This document shows positions 27,401 to 36,020 of a stretch of 64,000 nucleotides of DNA, piece by piece. Made by a program: the position numbers and the translations under genes. The stretch comes from Phoronis australis. Taxonomy: Eukaryota > Animalia > Phoronida. The stretch lies in NCBI GenBank assembly GCA_002633005.1, contig NMRA01000414.1:186001-250000 (forward strand), in the 5' to 3' direction. Position 1 is the stretch's first letter; each line of letters begins with the position of its first letter. The notes beneath the pieces are model-generated. The model ran no database searches, was not told where the DNA came from, and was given only the letters and a program-made list of their open reading frames with translations.

Positions 27401-29873
27401 TCATAATTCAATGAAAATGAAATTTGGAAATTTTCAGTACTCGTCCGGGTTACGGCCCATGCCCGGCTTACCACCCACCCCCGAAAATTTCAATTTTTCA
27501 TTTTCAAGCGCCATGCTCGCCTTACCGCCCACCCCCTGTTTTTTAGATTCAAAATTTAAGTGCCCTGTGCGGTAACACGGACGAGTACGATTCAATTCAG
27601 TAGGCATCACCAAGAATTGCCTATAATAATTCATAATTTCATAACGTAACAAGACCGACACTTTTCAGCTTATCTCCTCTCTCCCTCATATAGTGAGTGC
27701 TCTTCCAAAACTGTAAGTTTCTGTTCTCAACAGATGACTTTCCCAGACTTTTTTACAAAACATTAAAAACATTACCCAGTATAATCTCACCTATTCAGGA
27801 CACACCATGACAGACAAGTGAAATTTCATTTTTTGATAAGAGATAATTATCACTAAATAAATGCATTATCATTTTCAAGTTGCCATCAGGTGATGTTTTC
27901 TCAACTTGTGTGCATTCTCAACATTGCAAGTGTCCTTTGAAAAACAAAAATATCAATTTTGTAAATTATTTTGCCCGCAATTGGTGAGATATTACTGCAC
28001 TCACTTTCAAATCTCTCCCCTTAGGCCTACTATACGTATTGTGTGCTTTTGTTTGTATACCTTGCCATTGCTTAACAGTTACTGTTATGTTTATTTAGTC
28101 GGTATTACTTATGACAGCTAACATGTTATACCGTGCAGGATGAATACGGTCACTGGGTGTCAGTCGATGATTGGATCACGTTCAAGGCTTCACCCAGGAT
28201 AGCCGGGTTGGTAAAGGTGAGTGTGCATCAGTCACACATGATGGAGTGTAGGCAAAGAAGACAATAATTTTTGCAACACACGGTCATAAATAAAGGATGA
28301 TGTGTACTCTGAGAACAGTACAAGCACAAAATCAGTGGCCGATATAGGGAGAGGGGGGGGGGAAGGAGGCCATGACCCCCCTAGATTTCTCCCAGATACC
28401 ATTTGACAGTTCGGGGTGCGAATTGCTGACTAACATATGTGCGCACTCAGGGGGCGATATGCACACTGCATAGGCCTTGAATAAACCCCGTTTACCATTT
28501 TTAATCCTGGATCTGCCCCTGAAAATGACCTTGAGTTTCTCGTCGTGATGGCTGAGTGGAAGCAGAATTCACCATCAGAGCCATCTTCTCTTATGACCAA
28601 GAATGAAGGGGAGATAACAGGAGAGTTTTTTAAGTGGCTAAGTCATTCTGTCATTAAAATTTTGTCGCCCTAATAGGTAATACCAGCAATTTTTGTTTTT
28701 TTGTTTTTAACAAAATTAGGTGTCATTTCGGGAAAAGGGTATTTTGTCCGATCACTTTTGTCTTGTACTGTAGGTTGATGATCACAAGGTTGTCATTATG
28801 TTGGAATTTCAAAACTGTTGTAATGCCTCATTGGGTTCCGTTCTGTTTCCCATTTGAAAGTTAAATTGCGATCTCACAATCTGAGACAAAATTGGCACTC
28901 TAGCAGGAAACGTGACGAAGGCCCTTTAATCCATTACCAGTCCGGTGGAACATTTACCTGTTCATTTCTTAAAGTCCCACGCAGCGCTGAAACTTCAGAC
29001 TTTAAATCAAGTTTGTGGCAGTGAATGTTCCTGTGAAAGCAATCAACAAACTTCATTCAGTCCGTGCTTTCTAAGCAACAAACAATAAAAGGTTCCTCAC
29101 AAAATGTGAACTAATGCAATCTGTCTGTAAGTCAATGTCATATAGACACAAATCCATTGGCTGAGAGACTAGACAGAGAAAAGCAAAAGACAAATAATAA
29201 GCTTTTGGCGGTTCGTAATCAGATTTCTGGGTAAAATGAAAAGACAAAAGCCTATGGTTGATGAGACAGTGTGGCTCAGTGGTTAGAGCCCCTGACTCCC
29301 GCTTGGGAGACCTGGGTTCAAATCCTGGCTTCACTGGCTGCCAATCGAGCATTGCACTAAGATGTCTCCTATTCCTCTGAGCTCGGTCTTACTTGTGAAT
29401 TTGCGCAAGGGAGTGAATGAGATCCTGTTGAGGACCATGCTGTATATTAGCCCTTGGCTAAAGCATGGTTCCTTTTTTTAAAATTAAGTCTTTTCGAGAA
29501 ACAAGCCTCTGGTCCCAACAATAACTGAAAATATGGACAATTTGATGCCAGTTTTATTTATTGCAGCAAGTGGTCTAAACCGAAAGTTATTTTTTTACTA
29601 GAGGCAGTTTTATAAGTGGACCCTATTGCGTTCTCCTTTAACAGATCTCCTAAAGCTTGATTGATGTTGCCCTTTGCTGTCCTTTCTGCCTTGCGTATAA
29701 GTGTTCCTCTCTGATGGTTTCAGGAACTAGGACTGGAATTAGACAAACTCCTGGAATTTAAGATAACACACACTGGTGTGACAGATTGGAACCCCAGAAC
29801 AAAGGAAGGTGCACTGATGACGGCCATCTTGGATCTGATTACCACTGAAGATAGGGAGTCTAGAGACAAGTGA
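12261..29873 (+). CDS. DHX36: ATP-dependent DNA/RNA helicase DHX36 (RHAU/G4R1), multi-exon; start-codon exon unresolved
   Basis: Phase-consistent GT-AG exons read by hand: 12261-12478, 13424-13844, 14969-15183, 15554-15649, 16499-16572, 17197-17271, 18290-18456, 19280-19361, 19545-19682, 20276-20378, 20700-20787, 21288-21552, 21803-21920, 22469-22567, 22961-23134, 23435-23599, 24626-24725, 25099-25189, 25893-26016, 27095-27169, 28139-28216, 29724-29873 (TGA). Motifs: RSM ([15 protein letters not shown]), [53 protein letters not shown], plus HA2/OB-fold segments ([14 protein letters not shown]). Confidence 0.95.
12613..12766. mobile_element. MITE with CAGGGG(C/T)GGATCCAGG-type TIRs and 5-bp TSD
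   Basis: Left end caggggtggatccagg, right end cctgaatccgcctatg, flanked by ctaaa on both sides. Confidence 0.7.
14969..15183 (+). CDS. DHX36: DHX36 exon with Walker A motif
   Basis: ...[37 protein letters not shown], bounded by AG/GT. Confidence 0.93.
16016..16187. repeat. Minisatellite, about 22-bp unit TAATTAAGATTTCACATGCTT(T)
   Basis: About 8-9 imperfect tandem copies in a DHX36 intron. Confidence 0.9.
16391..16448 (-). mobile_element. Decayed tRNA-derived SINE head
   Basis: Minus strand reads gagcacagtggttcaggcaactgactcc...aaggttcgaatct: A-box-like and B-box sequences, sharing ctgactcc with the SINE at 29263. Confidence 0.5.
16575..16780. repeat. Degenerate tandem repeat, about 21-bp unit (GCAGTATTTACCAATATGAA)
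   Basis: Starts immediately after the donor of DHX36 exon 16499-16572; several diverging copies. Confidence 0.65.
18290..18456 (+). CDS. DHX36: DHX36 exon with DEIH (motif II) and SAT (motif III)
   Basis: [50 protein letters not shown]. Confidence 0.95.
21288..21552 (+). CDS. DHX36: DHX36 exon with helicase motifs V and VI
   Basis: [49 protein letters not shown]...[10 protein letters not shown]. Confidence 0.95.
22086..22179. mobile_element. Fold-back / MITE-like inverted repeat
   Basis: ctgctaggtcaaccagctaagagatctgattggtt pairs with aaccaatcaggtgtgttagctgattgacccggcag (35-bp arms, mostly complementary, 24-nt spacer). Confidence 0.65.
23978..24336. mobile_element. About 360-bp MITE with AATAGGCCC-type TIRs
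   Basis: tgtaataggcccttcctg ... caggatgggcctattaca; shares internal gtatttacccaca with the element at 33377-33735. Confidence 0.65.
25463..25651. mobile_element. MITE with TAGGCCACTTA-type TIRs (copy 1)
   Basis: taggccacttaccgctataaaattggtctcg ... cgagacctcatacattgtaagtggtcca. Confidence 0.5.
26093..26484. mobile_element. MITE with TAGGCCACTTA-type TIRs (copy 2)
   Basis: Degenerate left end aggcaggctacagttgtgagattggtcttgaa; right end ttgagaccagttttgtaactctaagtggccta. Confidence 0.45.
27437..27588. mobile_element. Short MITE with 17-bp TIR and internal direct repeats
   Basis: gtactcgtccgggttac ... gtaacacggacgagtac (one mismatch); internal repeats cttaccacccaccccc / cttaccgcccaccccc. Confidence 0.7.
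28333..28521. mobile_element. MITE with related TIRs and 5-bp TSD
   Basis: Left end cagtggccgatataggg, right end cctggatctgcccctg, flanked by aaaat on both sides. Confidence 0.7.
29263..29479 (+). mobile_element. tRNA-derived SINE
   Basis: Pol III A box TGGCTCAGTGG (29272) and B box GGTTCAAATCC (29315) at tRNA spacing, but no intact cloverleaf. Followed by a non-tRNA body; 3' end approximate. Confidence 0.7.
29724..29873 (+). CDS. DHX36: DHX36 last coding exon
   Basis: [49 protein letters not shown], resembling the DHX36 C-terminus (ELRKELDILLQEKI...AIIDLI). Confidence 0.88.
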   Translation, partial: ELGLELDKLLEFKITHTGVTDWNPRTKEGALMTAILDLITTEDRESRDK

Positions 29874-30722
29874 TTGGTGCTGTGTTCACATGTTGATCTG
29901 GATAATCCAAGGTCACACAGCCAGTATCTGTTCTGTGGTGTTATCCACTGGGTGTTTGTGTGAACGAAATATGTTCTGTTGGATTTAACCCACAAACTGC
30001 TCGGAAAGTAATGGACATCACATTCATGAGATGGCAATAGGCAATATAACTGTGATATCCCGAACAATATAAAAGCTAATATCTGAATTGTTATTTTGAA
30101 GTGGTAATTCTCTGCAATGAGAAAATGTTATCTCAAATTTGACCCGAAATGAGTGGGCGAGATATCTCAAGTATACCAAGATCACAAAGCCAGCATGTGT
30201 ACCATAGCATTCCCCTGGTAGCATTTTGTTCAGAGGAATATGCATCCTTGATTTGAACCCAAGAAAAAGAGAGGTGAAGGGCGTTTTTGTTTTTTCTAGA
30301 GGTTATCACGATACCCGAAGGCATCAACTGGAAACTGTAAATTGATTGAACTGACCTGTGGAGTACACATGGCCAATATTATGAATGGCCTGAAAATGGA
30401 AGTTTATCAAATGTGAAATTTACAATATGTTGGCCGTTTTTTACATGCAGTACCATGTCCAAGCAAATTATTTGTACCGTCTTCACAATTTGGAGTCTAA
30501 AGGTGGATTTTTCCTGCATTTGAAAGTCTTGAGTACAGGTGTCGTTTTAACAACAGCTGTTGCGCATCACCTGGATTTATGAATTCAGAACCGTTTTCAT
30601 TATGTTCATCTGTAAACCAATTCCGGACATTACACCAGAGCACAGGTCTTCTGTTGTCCAATACAAATCCAAATCCAAGAATAAATTTTTTCTTGTGGTC
30701 ATTTGTTGTTAGTTGCAAATGT

Positions 30723-30728
30723 AATAAA
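30723..30728 (+). terminator. Candidate DHX36 polyadenylation signal AATAAA (ATTAAA immediately follows)
   Basis: About 850 nt after the DHX36 stop, followed by a T/GT-rich tract (gtttttattgtttgcgtt). Confidence 0.5.
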
Positions 30729-31695
30729 GATTAAACACCAGTTTTTATTGTTTGCGTTATACCCATTGTTACAACCTCTCCTTGTTACTGTTGGTTAAGT
30801 TGCGAGTTATATTACTGCAATTTGAATAGAGTCGCACAGTGTTACAGTGTTCCCTTATAGTATGCTTCTTGCAACATTCATTGCACCCAAGGTTTGCCGC
30901 ACCTAAGTAAGGCGTGCATTCTGTAGAGGTTCGAATCTCGCGAAAATGCAAGATATCGGTACGTATTACAAGCGAAGCACGTGACCACACTGCCTCGTCT
31001 ACAAGGCTCTACACAACTTCTACAAAATGGATGTGTGTAGAGACTTGTGGAATAGAACATTGTAAGCAAATGAATGTTATGAAAACCAGATTCATTTTAG
31101 ACAACTAAATACAATTTTTATCACATTTTCCTTTTAAAATACTCGTGCACATTTTTTGTTAAAAAGCAAGACAGACACATATTAAAAATATTTATTGTTC
31201 ACAGACCAACATTATAACAGTGTAACAAGATGCTATGAATTACATTTGCTTCTCAATTATGACATTGTGCATCGGTACCAGCAACAACTGAAGAATGTAA
31301 AAATACATATTATAAACGATTCAAATATTGGAAAACCTAGTTTTGAAAGCCAGAGTCTTCGTCACTCGATCGTTACAGTATTTATCGAAGTGGAAACGAG
31401 ATCACGAGCACCTTAATTGGCATTTATTAAACACAATATAAAAAGACTCCATAAACACAGAGAATAACATGGAATGATTTATGATGGGCCCAGTAAATGT
31501 ACAAAATTTGGCTCAATATTTCAAACTGGGAAGAACCTTTACTTCAATCAATATTTTTATCAAAATATTCTAAACTACAAAGTACAAAAATTCTGTTAAG
31601 AGATCGTGTAATGTTAACACTGAACTAGCATCACAGCAGCCTCTCAAAGTGTGTTATCAATACAAACACAACTCTGCGGTAATACTATTCTATAA

Positions 31696-32538
31696 GGGCT
31701 GTTCCAGCAAAATCTGTATGGGAGGGGGGGGGGAAGGCACTTATATTTCGTACCCACCGCCCATATTTTTCATTTATTTCTCCAACCCATGACCCACAAT
31801 TTTTTAATTATTTTTGATAGGATAAAATATAAAATCCAACACTTGCAAACAAATTGCCTCCAGGAGGACCTGTTAACAACTTAGATGATTGACAGACAAG
31901 AACTAGTTGTTTTGTCCAATATTGTCAAAAACTAAAGTAGCTGTGAGCAATACTGTTGGCAGCCACCAGGTGTCTCTGTTCACCATGTGTCTATAATTTC
32001 AATGAACATTTTTTTCAATTATAAGGATCTATGAATCTCAAACTGTCTCCACGAACTCTTTTATACTTCTATGTCAAGTGAATATTGGAACTTGTTTATC
32101 TTACTCCTCATACTTTTTATTTAAAAATCATCAATTTTCTTATATGTGTTAACACCAGTTTAGTGTTGCATAACTTTTCAATTCAATAGGACTGCAGACA
32201 AACAGTTGGCTCAAATCAAGTTGCCCATGACTTGATTAATGGCTTAGTGAACATATTGCACTCTGTTCACTGGCAATATGGGCTTTTTTGTATTGGGATA
32301 AGTTAGGATATATGCCAATTGCATTTTTTTGAGTTTTGATTTCTTTGAAGATGTGTTGGGCTGAAGTAACCAACCTGTCAGCATTAACAGGTCAAAAAAT
32401 ACCACCTATTTTTAATGCATCACTTCCTACAGGAACGACCACCCATAATTTGAGTTTTTTTCTGAAGACCACCACCCATGAATTTTTATTTCTACTGCCG
32501 TCCCCCCCCCTCCCACACGGATTTTACTGGAACAGCCC
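31696..32538. mobile_element. Non-autonomous PIF/Harbinger-like element (about 45-bp TIR, TAA TSD)
   Basis: taa|gggctgttccagcaaaatctgtatgggagggggggggggaaggca ... tgccgtccccccccctcccacacggattttactggaacagccc|taa. GGG termini with a 3-bp TAA duplication fit PIF/Harbinger. Confidence 0.8.
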
Positions 32539-33376
32539 TAAGCACATTTTAAGTTATTATTTTTAAAGACATGAGCAAACTACTAAGAGATTCTTATGGT
32601 AGCACAACTTCAGAACCTTAACACAAATTGGGGAAAATATTAATAGATATCACCCGAAAAGAACTACGTTCATAAGTATTTGATGATCAAAAATTCTTTA
32701 TCAGGCCATTGTCGGTTTTTGCCTTCACATGCCAGTCCGAAAAAATTGCCAGTCCCAAACTTCAAATCAAACCCAGGATCTCTAATTACTGACCTATCAA
32801 GGCCATGTCGTGAACATTTTACTGAAAGCTGGCATCGCTACCATGGCGAAAGATTACGATGCTTTCGAGAAAGAATTTTCATCACAAAATATAGCCCCAA
32901 CAGCAAGAAATACAAGTAATTAGAATGTTGTATTAATTGAAAGAAGAATGTTTGTATCAGTGCAAATGTACATTTTTCAAACATTGCATGTCAGCAGACA
33001 GGATTCAGTAAGTACCAAACCAAACATTCAGAGTATCTGGCCTGAGAGTATAATCTATAGGTTAAACTTCAGAAAATCTTGCTTCACGCCTGCAAGTCAT
33101 TGTGTATGGTAACTCTCCAGTTATTTCGTACAAAAATAATTGCCAAAATGGCCAGTTTCCTTTTTTCAATAGCTGAATATCATTTTCCGACAAACGGTAC
33201 CTTGGAAAATGTCATTTTATGATATCTACAAAATGCAAAGCATGTTTGTAATGGACTAAAATGTCCTTGACCCTTACATTTGTGGAGAAATTTTACAAAA
33301 CAGAATTTCCCTTGACAACCGTATTATGAACTGACGTGAACAATTACCATACTTCATAATATCACAAATTCACTTT

Positions 33377-33735
33377 AACAGGGTCGTCCCGGATTACACG
33401 GCGATAAAACTCTTTTGTGCCGGAGATAAGAAAGCGTGTGACCTAGTTTTGAAAATCAGGCACATTTTCATGTCTCTCAATGATGTCAAGAAGGCGGTGG
33501 CTTTCAGATCACACATCCGCGGGCATTTGACCTAGATTATTACATCTTTTCGCATCGGGGGTTGCAGCCCCATAGCCCAGCACTAAAACGTTGTTGTAAA
33601 AAAAATCGAACAACAACAAGTGAAACTCCAGTGGCATGAAAACGAGGCAGCAAATGTGCCCAACGAATGTTCACAGCATTGTGGGTAAATACACTGACAT
33701 TTGAGTGTCGCTATCAAATCCAGGACGGCCCTATT
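33377..33735. mobile_element. About 360-bp MITE, same family as 23978-24336, opposite orientation
   Basis: aacagggtcgtcccggatt ... aatccaggacggccctatt; contains tgtgggtaaatac, the reverse complement of the shared gtatttacccaca. Confidence 0.6.
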
Positions 33736-34151
33736 GGTCACCACTTCAAAAATATTCATATTTATCAAGGTATTCCATTAGTAAACATTCTCTTGGTACA
33801 AAACCAAACTGATGATACAGATAATGGAATATAAGGGATGACTTCACTTGACAATGTTGATTACATAACATTTATGTGCAAGCAAGTTCTCACATGACAT
33901 ACAATTGTGTCCAATAATCAATTTCCGTTTCCACTACACACCTGCCACTCCAATTAAATCATTTTCAACAGGTTTGTGAACCAGACAGCAATTACCTACG
34001 CCTCACATACTCCCCTCATTCCAAACGCATGACAGCTAAACATTAAAGTACTACCCCAAATAAACTATCACATAATTATTCGCTCAGATAATCCTACTTT
34101 CTTAACCCCCGGTAATCTCATCCAACAGGAGCAGTAACAAGCAACAATGTG

Positions 34152-36020
34152 TCAAACCAATGTCACACTTTTCACAATCTCCACTTGCTCAGCTGTGTCC
34201 ACATTGGTTGAGATGGTCACCGTAGATATCGTCTGTCCGATATCTCCTGTACCGCAGAACTCCTTCAGTGAACGCACGTGATACTTCATGTGTTCTACAC
34301 CAGTCGCTACGCCAATCCTAATCTGGCTTGCCGTCTTGCTACTCGAGTCTCTAATAGTCTGCAGATACTGGCTGCCAGACTCTTTAATGGACTGCAGTTG
34401 ACTACGCATAATCAGACGTCTTTCACGGAGTCTCTCATCAAGTTGGGCCTTGCCTTGACGCAGACGAACTTTGACGTCCTCAAATGTTTCACGTATACCA
34501 TGACTAGACTTTTCTCCCTTGCACGTGTCGTCTGTGTCAGTGATTTCATCCTCGTCGTCAGCAGACATCAAATCTATGTCTTCTTCGCTTGGACCAGAAC
34601 TGCTTTTGAACCGGTTCAAGAATGGGGAAACCTTTGGAGTTATGTAGCTTGTAAGTGACAAGTGAGGCGAGCCTGATTTGACAGATATTGATTTGGTATC
34701 AGTCATCAGACATTTGGGACGCGTTATGTGATGTGCAATGCAAATAGCAATGCCGAAGAACAAAGTGACCCCTACAGACATTGCAGCAACAACATTGTTG
34801 AACAGGAAAACACCTCTAAGAGGGTTCACCATGGAAACATTAAATGAGATTTCATCAATGCCAGCAGGATTAATAGCTATACATCTGTATTCACCAGTCC
34901 ACACACCATGCATGTTTTGTAGGTATAGGTCGCCATTTTTAAGAACGGTCATGTTTGTTAACGAATAATACGGCAGGATGTATCGAACGTCATTGTAGGA
35001 GTAATTAGCATACTGACCATTAATCCACCATGGGTTGTTTTTTGTAGTCAAGTACTCGCATCGCGGTGTCGACCAAATAATGGTTGGCGGAGGGTTGCCA
35101 TATGCAACGCACCTTAGAGTTATATCGCTATGAAATAGAACATTGACCGAATAATTATTAGAAACTATGCCCGGACTTGTACACTCCAATCTCTCCAAGC
35201 CGATATCCCTCAGAGGCAATGAGTGTAATTCACTTGGAGACGAGCACTTGATCATATTCTGGTGTTTTAACGAATAGGAATTCTTGGTTCCATTCAAAAT
35301 GTGCCAAAGCCACTTGAGGCCACAGTTACACTCCCAGGGGTTCTCTTCCAACGACACATGACTTAAAGACTTCAAGTTGTCAAACATGTCATCTGACAGA
35401 GTCCTCAACAAATTGGAATGTACAACGATATTCTGCACAGATGACAAGGAGTTGAATATTTGCGGATTGAGATGCTCAACTTCATTGAAGCCAAGATCCA
35501 GAAACTCCAACTGATGAAGACCTTGAAAAATGCTGGCATCGAGATATCTTAGCCTGTTGTGACTCAGGTCAAGCTGTTTGAGATTAGGTAAATCTGCAAA
35601 CACGTTTTTTGGTAAAGCATCAATATGGTTAAATGCCAAGCTTAACGTTTTCAAATACTGCGCTGTTGAGAATAATCCAGCACTCAACTTGTGAATGCGA
35701 TTATGATCCAATGACAAAACCTCCAGATCTTTAAGGAACATTAAAGCACCAGACATAATCTCATGAATACGACACTCGGAGCATCTTAATGTCTTTAAAC
35801 CTTGCAGCTTGTGTAGAGCACGAGGTATTGTTCGAACAATCACTCTCTGTATGTTAATATGCAAGACATCGTTGGGTAGAGATTCCACTACTTGCTCAAG
35901 ATCCATCATGTAACCCCTGGTGCACTGCAAAGCCATGAGCTTGTAGTCATACTTGCAATAACCCGGCAGCAGTGCGCACTGACTAGAAATGGCCATCAAG
36001 AGAACCAGTATTACGCGCAT
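34152..36020 (-). CDS. LRR + Ig-domain type I transmembrane protein (LIG family), intronless CDS
   Basis: Signal peptide (MRVILVLLMAISSQCA), Cys-containing LRRNT, about 7-8 LxxLxLxxNxL repeats, LRRCT (NPWECNCGL...CSSP...C), Ig domain (LRCVAYGNPPPTIIW...GEYRCIAINPAG), TM segment (VVAAMSVGVTLFFGIAICIA), roughly 190 aa cytoplasmic tail ending VTLV. The ORF track start at 36026 is GTG; the ATG is at 36020. Confidence 0.92.
   Translation of the reverse strand: MRVILVLLMAISSQCALLPGYCKYDYKLMALQCTRGYMMDLEQVVESLPNDVLHINIQRVIVRTIPRALHKLQGLKTLRCSECRIHEIMSGALMFLKDLEVLSLDHNRIHKLSAGLFSTAQYLKTLSLAFNHIDALPKNVFADLPNLKQLDLSHNRLRYLDASIFQGLHQLEFLDLGFNEVEHLNPQIFNSLSSVQNIVVHSNLLRTLSDDMFDNLKSLSHVSLEENPWECNCGLKWLWHILNGTKNSYSLKHQNMIKCSSPSELHSLPLRDIGLERLECTSPGIVSNNYSVNVLFHSDITLRCVAYGNPPPTIIWSTPRCEYLTTKNNPWWINGQYANYSYNDVRYILPYYSLTNMTVLKNGDLYLQNMHGVWTGEYRCIAINPAGIDEISFNVSMVNPLRGVFLFNNVVAAMSVGVTLFFGIAICIAHHITRPKCLMTDTKSISVKSGSPHLSLTSYITPKVSPFLNRFKSSSGPSEEDIDLMSADDEDEITDTDDTCKGEKSSHGIRETFEDVKVRLRQGKAQLDERLRERRLIMRSQLQSIKESGSQYLQTIRDSSSKTASQIRIGVATGVEHMKYHVRSLKEFCGTGDIGQTISTVTISTNVDTAEQVEIVKSVTLV

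Noticed and set aside
29263-29335. Possible tRNA gene
   Set aside because: A and B boxes are present, but the acceptor and anticodon stems do not form properly and no terminator follows directly; better explained as a SINE head.
30915-30950. B-box/T-loop-like GGTTCGAATC in a weak hairpin
   Set aside because: No A box or tRNA fold could be built around it.
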